Source of the DNA: Octopus sinensis
Lineage: Eukaryota
Direction of reading: 5' to 3'
DNA: 64,000 nt
Assembly (NCBI RefSeq): GCF_006345805.1
Contig: NC_042998.1
Location: forward strand, 41,540,001 to 41,604,000
The notes under the pieces are model-generated. The model worked only from the letters and a program-made list of their open reading frames with translations. It made no database searches and had not been told where the DNA came from. A program made the translations under genes and the position numbers. Within the stretch, counting starts at the first letter, position 1. The number at the start of each line of letters is the position of its first letter. Positions 37,936 to 50,333 of this stretch are shown one piece after another.

Positions 37936-40900
37936 TATACTAGTCAAGAATGTAATTTAAATATATTTGGTGGATCTAACTCCAATAACAATGTCACATT
38001 GGATGCTGGTATTCTACTATCTCCTATTTAACTTCTGTTCTTCAGTACCTTCATTTTGTAAATAAAAATAAATAAATAAAACCACATTTTGGCCCAGAAA
38101 ATACCTACTATTGAGAAAGTGAATATTTTAATTTTCATATTGCCTTGAGAATAAAGAAGCATTACAAAATTATTCGATATAAAAATGAAGGATCTGCCAT
38201 CAAAATAGAGAAGAAATGTATTCGATATTTATGTGTAAAGAATTGAAACACAAAATTCCTGGTTATCTCTTAATTCAGGATTCACAGATAAAAACAGAAA
38301 CACATTGGCAAAAGCCGCACATTTTTGCTGATGCAGAATAGGGTTCATTACATATACTTATTTCATTGACTCCCGGTGGATAAAGTAAACTGTTGGAATT
38401 TGAACCCCAAATGTAGAAGGATGGATCATGTTGCTAAAATAAAAAAATTAAAATAGGAGAGTTTTTTAATTTGTGGATCACAAAATAAAAGGGTAAAGTT
38501 TGACACTATCCAACAATGTCCAGGCAGACATGTCCTTTTTTTTAAATAAATAATAAATTCTTCAAATTCTTTAGATTTCCAACAATGAATTACTATTTTA
38601 CCAAAAATTTCAATTCCTTTCTCCTCCAATATTTGTTTTTTTAAAATTCAACATCCCCCGAAATTTTGTGGGGTGATTCTGTTTAAAAATAGAGATTATG
38701 ATCCTGCAAAAAAAAAAAAAATTCAAAACATCAGACTTTTTTCTTTTTTAATTTACGATTATTTACGATAATTAACAACCTTCATTTTGTGATCATAAGC
38801 CCAAGCAATGCCTAATATGGTTATCTCATTTAAAAATTTACTATTTGCGATGTTTTTTTCTTTGAAACATTATTATTGTCGCCGCTTCTCTAATTGTGTA
38901 AACCTTTCTACCTAAGCAATAAAAACACTTTTTTCCTAATGTTAAATATCTTAATATGTTTATATATAAGGCTACTGTGAAAGAATTTCTTATGAGGGGG
39001 AATATATGAAGAAATCAAATTAAGCTTTGTCTCACAAAAAAAGAACATCTGCTTTGTAGTTGTATGGGTATCCCCTTAAGAGACTTTTCCTACTTTCATT
39101 TACAACAATAGCAAGTTAACACCTGTTGTGCTCGCACACCCGGAAATCATATCATCCGCATTATTCCCTTGCCCATCTCTTTAATATACCGTCACCTTAA
39201 CCAAAAGATTAATGACATCCTTTAACTGCAGTAAGCATCTGTTTGAAGTAATAATATACAACAACCAGATTCCCCTGTCTCGTGTATCGCTTCCTTTGTA
39301 GTATGACATTAACAAATTGTACGTTATTGTTGAATGATCTGAAATGGAGTCTCAGTTAATAATTACCCGTTAGTATACAGTGCTGATGTATATATACACT
39401 CTCGTTCTAGACTGCCTTCTCAAAATAAGTTGTTTCATCGTAAGGTAACTAAATTTCGAGAAATTAACTTGCCAGAAAATCGATGCAATTCCAAATTGTG
39501 AACAGCTTAGAGACTAGCTATAAATAGATTCTGCAAACCATTATGTAGGAAGGTCGTTTTTATTTAGTAACAATTGTTATCTTTATGAGGATGTGACTCA
39601 ATATTTTTAAAGATGCTTTCAATATAATTATAATCACTATTCCATTCGTAGTAAATGTAGGCTAGAGTAAGCTTAGTTCTCTAACACAACCCCTGCCAAT
39701 CGATAATGTATTTATCCAGATCATGAACAATCATTATTCAATGTTATTATTTCCTTGTGACGCTATCATGATAAAAAAAAATTGTTTCAATATCTTCGTC
39801 TTAAGTCTTCTATTACAATTCTGTTAGCATCTAGAATGCTCCGCAGTAATATTTAAATCAAGACACTGGAATAAAATCACTCAAAAATCATAATTGTTAC
39901 TGGCAAAAAGTTATATTTTATTCAAATAACAATGTCACATTTTGTTTAAATAACATAAATAGTTTAAGTAATTAAATATTTTTAGGTGCTTATTGACTAG
40001 CAATGTGTGCTTGCACATAATTTTAATTTTGGCCAAGGCCAGCAATTTTCAGGGGAGGAGGAAGCTACTTACATCGACTCCAGTACTCGGTCTCGGCGGA
40101 ATTTGAATTCAGAACGTAAGGGCCGGAAGAAATGCTGGTAACGATTCCGTCACATATTGGTATTAGACATTATAGGAAAAAAATACTCCACAGTTTAATA
40201 TTTTCAATAAAATGACATTTAAAAAAAAAAGGCAATCGTTTTTTTTAATGTTTTCATGTGATTTTCTCTCTCTTTTTTCTTTTTTTACATGGATTCATTA
40301 AAACGACGCTAGTACTTTATTTCAACGCCCTTGAAAGGATGAAAATTAAAGTTGACTTCGGTAGATTTGGAACTCAGAACGTAAGATATAACGAAAAACA
40401 ATAGACATTGTCTGAATGTGTCTCCATCCCAGAACAGCACACCACTTGTTATGGGAATATGGGAAGAGTTGCAGCTATACGTATGTCTTTCTGGAAGAAA
40501 GCCTGGCGATCAAAGGGTCAGTTTTTCACATTAGTGCATTTACCGTGGCTTTATAGGCTCAAAACGGGGCAACCTTCAAATTATAGATATCATAGGTATA
40601 GGTGTTATGTGAAAAGCTTTGATAACTTAGTTTTCTTTTTGCAATGTACACTCTTTTTCTCTCCTATAACATTCTGTACTTTCAGCTGTAAGAGCATCCT
40701 CTATTTATTATTTATAATAAATAAGGTAGGAAAACCATAAACTTTTATTGATTATGAAGCACATTCTGAAACCCGAAAATATATAACTTTAAATCCAGGA
40801 ATCCAAGGATAAAATGTTTTTGAACGATAATACCTACCTACTAGTAGCTTTAAGTGTTGTGACGACTTGGGAACATCGGTGCACGGTCATAATAGCATAA

Positions 40901-41086
40901 ATGGAAAAAACAAGAAATAATGACAACAAAGTATAAATAATTGATTTTAGCTTAAAGTAATTAAAGCAATTTGTAAATGTTTTAGTAATGCCGTTATTTC
41001 CTATTTTTCTACCATATCTACCGGTTACTAATTTTGCCCTCCGCCTCCATATATTAGCGTAATGTAATTTTACTCCATTTAATTTT

Positions 41087-41474
41087 TTTCTTTTTTTTTC
41101 GAAAATTGTCAAATCAGACATTATTGACTTGAAATCCAACAGAGAAAAGAATATTGATTGTTAAACACCAAAAATTCTCCAGATATTTTATTAACAACCT
41201 CAATTACAATCGGGTCGAAACTGAGGAAAAATTTCTTGAAGAAAAAAGTACCTGTCACCTGGCTATGTCTTGGACTTTCTTTTTTTTTTTTTTCGAAAAT
41301 TGTCAAATCAGACATTATTGACTTGAAATCCAACAGAGAAAAGAATATTGATTGTTAAACACCAAAAATTCTCCAGATATTTTATTAACAACCTCAATTA
41401 CAATCGGGTCGAAACTGAGGAAAAATTTCTTGAAGAAAAAAGTACCTGTCACCTGGCTATGTCTTGGACTTTCT
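41087..41474. repeat. Perfect tandem duplication, period 194 bp, joined at a poly-T run
   Basis: gaaaattgtcaaatcagac...tggactttct appears at 41101-41280 and again at 41295-41474. Confidence 0.92.
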
Positions 41475-41779
41475 GAACTTAAACAACACCTATGCTGACC
41501 AGATTTTACACTCAGAGATGATGCAACAAGTTATGACCTCATTTGCATACAAGCCAATCAGAGCTCAACTATCAAACTAATTTATGAGTACATAACAAGT
41601 GATGGGCGATAAGGTCACTTGGGTAAGAATGACCATGCTTCTTTTTTTTTAATAATGCTTGTTCTTCTTTCAACTATGACTGCCTTTGCGTAGTTATTTG
41701 TGATGTTTACTTTGTAAAACAGTAGGAGAGGAGGGTTGCTAGCATATCATTTTTTCCATCCACATCTTCAGGCTTCTGC

Positions 41780-43028
41780 CGCTAAAAACCACTTGATACA
41801 ACCCTCAGGCATCATTCTGCCAACCGGCGATGTCGTGTGGAGTCGTACAGTCACGTGGTACATCTTTGTTTTGCAGTGTTTCTTCCCTGTTCGTCAATTT
41901 TTGCAATGGCTGAAACGAAGGAACAACGTACTTCCGTAAAATTCCGTTTTCTGTTGGGGAAAACAGCAGCCGAAACAGTTGTCACGCTTCAAACAGATTC
42001 CACGGCCGCTGCCATGAGCAAAACACATGTTTACGAACGCTTTAGGAATGGTGACTTCTCGCTTTAGGACCAACCTCGTTCAGGACGACCGTCGACCTGG
42101 CGAACAAATGAAAAATCGTGAAAATTCTTGGAGGACGGTAAGACTTCCTTTTGTACCCCGCCCCCCCCAAATACCCCCTTTTTTAAATTTAATTTTTGTT
42201 TTTCTAAACAAACCCCCATTTTCGGCTATGGAGAATACGAATCTGCAAAAAAATTGGCAAAAATCGGCATTTTGAAATTACTCCCCCCCCCCCAATAAAT
42301 TCTTCATTTTAAGCTATTTTCAGAAATTCTTTTTTCAAATATATGCGGGAAAATGCGGAGATTATGATTATGAAAAAAAAAAAATATCCAAAAATTTTTC
42401 TACTTAGGGTTAGGGTTACGGAAAAAGTGAAAAAAAAAGAGGAAATGGGGGGGGGGGTAAAAAGTTTCAAAGTTCCCATTTTGGGCAATTTTCCGGAGTC
42501 TCCGTATCCGAAAAGGTGGGATTTTGGCAACATTTAAAAAAACAATAATTTGCGAGAAAATGGGGGGCGGTGAAGTCATTCCTGGAGGACCGTCACGAAC
42601 AATTGACGAACTTGTTGATATGATGACTGTTGTATCATGGTGCTTGTGCCAACAAATTTTGAGCAAGGAATTGCGAATAAAAAGATTTGCACCAAATGTG
42701 CCTCACTTGCTCACGGAAGATCAAAAGCAGTCATGATTGAATGCGTGTCGTGAACTGGAAGAAGAGTTAGAAGTTGATCCGGACCTTTTTTCGAAAGTCA
42801 TCTCTGGTGATGAAAGAAGGTGCTACGGAATTTGCAGATGTGGAAGAGGTGAAGGAAAAAACGATAGAGGCGTGAAAAACCACCACTTTTCAACAGTGGG
42901 AAACGCGTCTGGACCGATGCATTGCTTCAAATAGAGAATACTTTGAAGGCGATAAAAGTGTAAACATGTAAAACTGAGTGAATAAAATAATATTGCAAAA
43001 TTCCGGTTTGTTTTGGGTACCTCTCGTA
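41780..43028 (+). mobile_element. Internally deleted mariner transposon interrupted by a MITE
   Basis: MAETKEQRTSVKFRFLLGKTAAET...DQPRSGRPST, then DRHxTIDEL...VPHLLTEDQKQ...KVISGDE; right TIR ttccggtttgttttgggtacctctcg followed by TA at 43027-43028. Confidence 0.88.
42137..42582. mobile_element. 446-bp foldback MITE with 8-bp TSD, possibly Merlin-like
   Basis: TSD TGGAGGAC at 42129-42136 and 42583-42590; imperfect TIRs GGTAAGACTTC and GGAATGACTTC; internal inverted arms at 42219-42292 and 42447-42514. Confidence 0.75.
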
Positions 43029-43440
43029 TACTGTTCTGAAAATAAAAGGAACGGTCTTACTAGAACGTATTTGATTATAGATCTGCTCGATCAGAGCTGA
43101 CCTGGATCTCAACAAAAACAACTACGCAAATCACTCGACAATATTCATGCTTCCATGGATTGAGGTTTATAAAGAAACGTTTGACATTTTTAATAACAGT
43201 TCATTTTCATTTTTAAAAAATGGCCCCAATACTGGTGACTCGTTAGTAGGCGGTAACTTGACACATTTGCTTATTATTACTTTCTCTATATCAAATCTCT
43301 TCAATTTTTTAAGGTAATCCTGTCATTCTTTGTGCTATTTTACAAATCATACAAAGTGTAAGGGGAATTCATACAACAAAATATTCTCTTCTTTCAGAAA
43401 TGTTTTGGAATCTCAACATAACTTTTAATATTTCAGCACA

Positions 43441-43810
43441 TTAAGGCGGCGAGCTGGCAGAAACGTTAGCACGCCGGGCGAAATGCTTAGCGGTATTTCG
43501 TCTGCGTTACGTTGTGAGTTCAAATTCCGCCGAGGTCGACTTTGCCTTTCATCCTTTCGGGGTCGATAAATTAAGTACCAGTTACGCACTGGGGTCGATG
43601 TAATCGACTTAATACCTATGTCTGTCCTTGTTTGTCCCCTCTGTGTTTAGCCCCTTGTGGGTAATAAAGAAATAGGTATTTCGACCTCCTTCACGTTCTA
43701 AGTTCAGATTTCGGGGTCGATTAAATAAGTATCATTTGAATACTGGAATCGATATAATCGACTTACATCCTCCCCCGAACTTACTGGCCTTGTGCCAACA
43801 TTTGAAACCA
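43441..43810 (+). mobile_element. SINE family C, young CpG-intact copy (tRNA-like head, Meta-like core, Tx1-like tail, partial second unit)
   Basis: aggcggcgagctggcagaaacgttagc...gagttcaaattcc...tttgcctttcatcctttcggggtcgataaattaagtaccag...ccccttgtgggtaataaagaaa. Confidence 0.88.
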
Positions 43811-44359
43811 ACATTTCAGCAGAAATGCAATAATTTAGTGGATCGGAAGACTTGTAATGAAAGAATTGAATTGAAGTAACAGCATACCAAACAAGACGAA
43901 AGCAAGCCACAATATGTTTTCCGCTCATAATCAATTGGTCTGTGAGAACGAGTTTATTATACGGATAACCATGACCATTTTAGGGGATAACAATACTAGC
44001 GTAGCTAGAGGGGGTCTGAGGGGCGGTCCGCATTGGGCTGCACTTTTATGGGAGTGCTGTAGGTAATATGTATTTTTTGTAGGCGACTCTCTTTAACTTG
44101 GTCTTCGATATCCCTTTCAATACCGGACAAGCTCCCTCTAAGATACCCTGCTGCTGTATTGGTGCTGCCATTCATTTTAATTTACAAGTATGTGCTTCAT
44201 ACATTGCATGGAAGTTTGAATGACGTGCTTTGAATTTAAAATACTTTTGCTCAAAGCATCAAAAGTCCCATCTGTGATTAAAGAAAATTAGAGGTAGCGT
44301 TGCTGGTAGCTTAGCGTAACTTCATGTTTAATGTTTTATCTAGGTTTTGTTAGTATGTA

Positions 44360-44383
44360 CCGCCATCTTGGTTATACCAAGAT
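44360..44383. promoter_or_regulatory. YY1-like motif CCGCCATCTT overlapping an 8-bp palindrome (ATCTTGGT-TAT-ACCAAGAT)
   Basis: Motif match only, within a CpG-retaining segment; could equally be part of a transposon. Confidence 0.25.
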
Positions 44384-44671
44384 TACTCAATAATATGTTC
44401 TACTTTTGGCCGAAGTTTCTCTGGGGAAATTATTCGTATCCCCCATGATAAACATCTTCCCTCAACAGTAAATTCTGATTTTCTTGTTAAAGTAATCCGC
44501 GAAGTGTAAAATATCTTTGATTTTTTTTTCCCAGCGGTTAATTATCACTATTATATAATTTCTGAGGCTGTTGTCCAGTGTAGTTCGTTTGAAGAAATTG
44601 GCAAATTTTAAAAAGTTGTCATCGTTTTCCGTTTGAAAAATAAACACTGCACGTAAGGCGATGTGTCACGC

Positions 44672-44699
<28 letters not shown>

Positions 44700-44702
<3 letters not shown>

Positions 44703-45285
44703 GCTTCAGATTTTACCACAAGAGCAACCATTTTTGAGGAGGGGACTATTCGATTGCATCGACTCCAGTGTTTCACTGGTACTTAATTTATCGACCCCGA
44801 AAGGATGAAAGGCAAAGTTGACCTCGGCGGAATTTGAACTCAGAACGTGAAGATGGACGAAATACTGCTAAGCATTTTTGCCCGGCATGCTAACGATTCT
44901 ACCAGCTCGCCGCCTTAATAATAATAATCCTTTCTACTGGAAGCACAAGGCCTCAAATTTTGGGAGAAGGGATTAAGTCGATTACATCGACTCCAGTGCG
45001 TAACTGGTACTTAATTTATCGACCCCGAAAGAATGGAAGGCAAAGTGGACCCCGGCGGCATTTGAACTCAGAACGTGAGTCAGACGAAATACCTATTTCT
45101 TTACTGTCCACAAGGGGCTACATACAGAGGGGACAAACAAGTACAGACAAACAGATTAAGTCGATTATATCGACCCCAGTGCGTAACTGGTACTTATTTA
45201 ATCGACCCCGAAAAGATGAAAGGCAGACGAAATACCGCAAAGAATTTCGCCTGGCACGCTAACGTTTCTGCCAGCTCGCCGCCTT
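44700..45285 (-). mobile_element. Two adjacent SINE family C copies (44700-44916 and 44930-45285), each bounded by (TAA)n
   Basis: Both end in ccagctcgccgcctt, the reverse complement of the family C head. Confidence 0.88.
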
Positions 45286-46089
45286 AATAATAACAATAAT
45301 AATAATAGTAATAATAATAATTTCTTTATTAACCACAAGGGTTTACATTAAGAAAAACATTATGGACAATACAAATCAAAACGAAAGTGTATGTGTTGTG
45401 AGGGTTTTGCGTGTAAACAAGACTAACAAATATTTTTTTAAATCAATAATGTGTAATCATCAATAGGGAGGAGACGTTCGAGGGCTGCTCATGGAAAAAT
45501 CCCACAAAAACTATGGGTACCCTGACTTTTGTGCAGATGCCTTTTTTCCAACTACGAGCGTATGATCAGGGCAGGCCCGTTCACTCGCACCATTCTCCCC
45601 ACTTTCACCCACCTTTCAGCAAACTGGCTAGAAAACAACACTTCCCTCTCTATCCTTATTTCCTTTTTCAAGAGAAAAGTGTTTGTCTTCAGCCCCTTCA
45701 ATCTCGTACACGAGGTATATAAACACAGCCTTTCCTTCTCGGTTAAAGGAAGGCAGCGGGGCGATTTTCACGATGGATTCAGTTGACAGCCGGATCCGTC
45801 CTACGCGCGACAGAAGGTGTTCGACATAAACCCACAGATAAGCAATGCTCGGGCACTGGACGAGTGCATGCAAGACCGTTTCGTATCTTGGACATGCTCG
45901 GCTGACGGCACTTCCGTGCCTGTAAAGTTTATCTCGAACAGGTAAAGCTCCCCAGTAGCACTGCCAGGCCGGAGATTTTTGGAAATTATCCATCGGTCCC
46001 GGGCCGAAAGTTCTCCAGAAAAGAGCGGCTAGCTGATCTTCTTCGACGCCCAAGGTCTCCCCAAGAACGTCGTCGCACTTTCCCTCCAC
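45286..46089 (-). mobile_element. Tx1/L1-group LINE 3' fragment (zf-RVT-like C-terminus, 3' UTR, AATAAA and (TTA)n tail)
   Basis: ORF 45628-46089 reads WQCYWGALPVRDKLYRHG...CPRYETVLHALVQCP...LW, the RT-associated zinc-finger pattern; tail aataaagaaa(tta)n. Confidence 0.78.
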
Positions 46090-46955
46090 TTATCCTCTAT
46101 AAAAGTGGACGTTCTATCTATCGCAATGTCCAATTGGTTAAGGGCTGTGAGCGCTTGAAGATAGTCCACTTTCCAAATGCTCACCCACGATCTCTGTTTT
46201 ACCCAGGACTCCAGAAACTAGCTGCGGAAATACGTGTCTGTACCTCATTCACATGCAGCCTCGACACCACACGTCAAACTTGCATTGATTCCATAAATAC
46301 AGACCATGAAACCGCTTGAATACTCCGGAAGGTGCTCGAAAATAAGGGGTGTTACCTTAGTTCACTGGTAGTGAACAGCTGACACCGTAGTACATTTCCA
46401 GGGTTAGAAGCTGTGCAAAGGTAATAATAATAATGGTTTCAAATTTTACCACAAGGGCAGCCATTTTGGGGGAGGGGCTAAGTCAATTACATTCACTGGT
46501 ACTTAATTTATCATCCTGATATTTTGTGGCGAAAGGAGTCGACATGATTAGTATGGGGCCGAGGAGTAATGAAAGCTAGAAAGGAGTGGGGAAAGTATGA
46601 AACCATCCAGCTCTGAGAAGAGAGGCCTTAATAGTAGTGACAGAAAATACAGCACGCTTGTGGGCTAGAGTGTATCCATTAGTGATTGAATACCAGTTAG
46701 TCAAGTGCCCCTTCCCTGGATGCGGTTTAGGATATCAATATATGCAACAGCAGTACCATCCCAAATGCTGGAGCAGTATTTCATTATGGGTTTCACTTAA
46801 GCCTTGTATAATATCAGTAGTTGTTGGGGGCTGAATACTTTCTGACGCTGAAGACAATAGCCATAGAATGTGCTTCTAGCTATGCTGAGAATGTGCTTTC
46901 ACCAGTAGAGACCCAGCATTTGCAGTAACTGTAAGATCTCTAAATGAGTGCTGCT

Positions 46956-47191
46956 TGTTGTTGTTATATATATATAGTATTGAGTATTAAAGGAAGTAGT
47001 GAGTACTTAGTATGAAAGATTAAGAAAATGAGAGAGACTGAAACAACGTGTTAACGATACAAGATACTTTATTCGACTGCTGTTGTGGTACAAGTTAATT
47101 GTTTTGGCGGGAAACAAAGTGAAAGTCCTTTTATCAAGGGAGACAATGGGCGACGTTGATTGTTCATGTTTGTTGTGATGATTATATAACA
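46956..47191 (-). repeat. 3' LTR
   Basis: 235 of 236 positions identical to 51231-51466; preceded on the minus strand by a polypurine tract (47192-47212, A-run plus GGAAGA). Confidence 0.96.
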
Positions 47192-47532
47192 TCTTCCTTT
47201 TTTTTTTTTTTTATATCATCTGTATCTACAGGGAATAATTATTCGTCGTCCACTTTTTGTGGTTTTATTATTTTGTAGTGTTGAATTCTGTAGTTGTGCT
47301 GTTTTTGTTTTTTCATGCGTGTTTGTTGACTTTGGAAATATATTTTCATAATCTAATTCTTCTGTTATGCGAACGTGTTCGTTTGTTTTAAGAATATGTT
47401 GTCTATTTCGTTTGACTGTATTACCTTCCTCTGTTATTACTAAGTATGAACGAGGTTGCTCTAGTTTTTTAATTATTTTGCCCCTTCTAAACCAATTGTT
47501 GTTAAACTTAATTCTAACCGTGTCGTGTGGTT

Positions 47533-50230
47533 TTAACTCTGGGAGTTCTGTTGTAATGTTTGATTTCTTCTTTTCGTGAGGCTGATACCAATTTTGTCGT
47601 GTAGTATGTTTGGGAGATTTGTTCGCAATGTTCTATTCATTATTTGATTTGCAGGGGATGGTGCACCATTTTGTAATTTAGTCGTGCGTAATGCTAAGAG
47701 CGCTAACTGAGGTTCTTCGTCACTTTTGAATGCCTTTTTTAGCGTCTTTTTTATTGTCTGTATATTTCTCTCAACCATGCCATTCGCTTGATGGTAATGC
47801 GGGCTTGTCTTCGTGTGATGAAAATGCAAATTTTTTGCAAATTTTTTGAATTCAGCCGAATTGAATTCTGGACCGTTGTCACTTACAACTGTTTGTGGAA
47901 TTCCGAATTTAGCAAAAGTTTCTTTTAATTTTTTGATTACGGTTTTTGACTGGCAATCATTTATTTCGTGTAGATCAAAAAATCTTGTTGTATAGTCAAT
48001 AATTGTGACATACGAATTTCCAGACAGATGAAATACGTCTGTACCCACTTTGGTCCATGGTGTAGTAAGTATTTCATGATTTATTAGTGGTTCGGCTGCT
48101 TGTTGATTTTTGTAGTCAATGCAGTATGAGCATGTGTTAATCATGTCTTTGATTTGAGCGTTAATGCCGGGCCAGTATATACATTCCTTCGCTCTCTCTA
48201 TGCATTTTTCGATACCCATGTGTCCGGTATGTATTTCCTGTAGAGCTTCTCTACGTAATGACTTAGGTACAATTATTCTTGAACCTTTTAGAACAAGACC
48301 ATTGACGATTGATATTTCATCACGAACGGATACGAATGGTTTGATGTCTATTGGTATTTTGTCTTTTGGGGGCCATTCTGTTCTTGTATATGTGACGAGT
48401 GTCTGTAGAGACGGGTCGTCTGCAGTGGCTTCTTTATACTCTTTTAATTTAGTGTCGGTTATGGGGTAATTTTTATTACTGCATGAATGTGCGATTTCAT
48501 ATCTTCGTCTGATACTTCTGGAGTATTTTGCTCAAGGTATGCACGTGATAGGGTATCTGCAACAATTGATTCTTTACCAGGTATGTGGTTTAGGTCAAAA
48601 TCATATCTTTGTAATGTTAGTAGAAATCTTTGGATTCTGGGGGGGGGGGGGCATTTAGTGATCGATTTTTTGAATATTTGCTTCAACGGTTTATGGTCAT
48701 TTTCGATTCTGAAATGAGTTCCGTATATAAACTGATGAAATTTCTTGCATGCGAAAACTATACTGAGAGCTTCGCTCTCTATCGGACAGTAGTTTGTTCC
48801 GCTTGAGTTGTTGCACGAGATGCAAACGAAACAGGTAGCCATCTTTCGTTGTGTTTCTGCTCAAGTATCGCTCCGAGCCCATGCTTACTAGCATCTGTAG
48901 TTTTTTATTGGTAGATCTGGATCATAAAATTGTAGCACTGGTTTTCTGGTAATCATTTCTTTTAGCTTTTTTATTGCTTCGATTTGTGGTTTGTCGAATG
49001 ACATAACGTGTCACTCTGTAGAAGCTGGCGCAATGGTGCTGTGACTTCGGAGTAATTAGATAAAAATTTACATAGGTAATTTGTCATACCTAGGAATCTT
49101 TGTAATTCTTTTTTACTTGTTGGCAGTAGCATGTGAATGATTGCTTGTACTTTGGTTGGATCTTGTTTTATCCCTTCGCTGGTTAATATATGCCCAAGGT
49201 ACTTGATTTGTGATTCATAGAAGATACACTTTGATATTTAACTTTAATCCGTGCTTTCGGATTCGATCGAAAACTTGTTGTGTAGTCTATTGTGTGTTCT
49301 TCTAAAGTGTTGGACCAGATTATGATGTCATCCTGTGAATTTCTTGCTCCTTCTATGCCCTCTATTATTTTTGAAATTTCTTTTGGAAAACTTCACTGGC
49401 GCTGTGAATTCCAAAGGGTAGTCGTGTAAAGCGATACCTTCCAAAAGGTGTGTTGAACGTTAAAAGATGGGAGCTTTCTTCGTCAACTGGAATTTGCCAG
49501 TATCCATTAGATGCATCGAGTTTTGAAAAATATTTAGGGTTATGCATTTGTGCAAAAATGTCCTCAGCTGTAGGGAGTTTGAAATGTTGCCTTTTTATGG
49601 CTTTGTTTAGATTCTTGGGGTCTAAACAGAGTCGGAGTTTTCCGTTGGCTTTTTCAACGATGACTAGGGAATTTACCCAGTCTGTAGGTTCACTAACAGG
49701 TTTATGATATCTAATTCTGTCATTCTTTTTAATTCTTTGTTGAGTTTTTCTTTTATAGAAAAAGGAACCGATCTTGGTGGATGAATTACAGGAGTTATTT
49801 GTGGATCCACTGTGATATGATGTGTTATTGACAAAGTGCCGATTTCTCCGAAACAGTCTTCATATTTTTCTAATATGTCGTTTTTGTTCGACGAATTTAT
49901 TTTTGAAATTCTCTGAATCAGGTTCAGATCTTAGCTGTCTTTGCATCTATAACTGCGTGCGAGTTTGTTTTTGCAACAATGAATTTTATTTGCTTTGATA
50001 ATTCTTTGTATTTAATGACTGCTGTGCATTTTCCTAGCACTTTTATAGCTGTGTTATTATAAGCTGATAATCGAGTTGAAGTTTTTTGCAGTTGTGGTTT
50101 GGAATTATATTTCTATATTCTCTGAATGGCAGTACGGTACGTCTGCTCCTGTATCTATTTTGAATGTTACATTCGAGTTGTTCACTTTTAGTTCGACCGT
50201 CCAAATGTCTTTGGAGTCTTGAACTTTTCG
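47533..50230 (-). pseudogene. pol: Pol of the LTR element, broken by several frameshifts
   Basis: Protease FKIDTGAD (50141-50155); RT FSKLDASNGYWQI...RLPFGIHSASEVFQ...RNSQDDIIIW; RNase H ESEALSIVFACKKFHQFIYG...DHKPL; integrase GIEKCIERAKECIYWPG...VSDNGPEF...HQANGMVER. Confidence 0.92.
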
Positions 50231-50333
50231 ATTTTGTGCACGCGGGAATTATTTGCAGTGATCATTTCGAGTGCATGTGTATCGTCATCTGATTCATCGT
50301 CGGTATGTATCTCTACTTTATGTACAAATTTTC

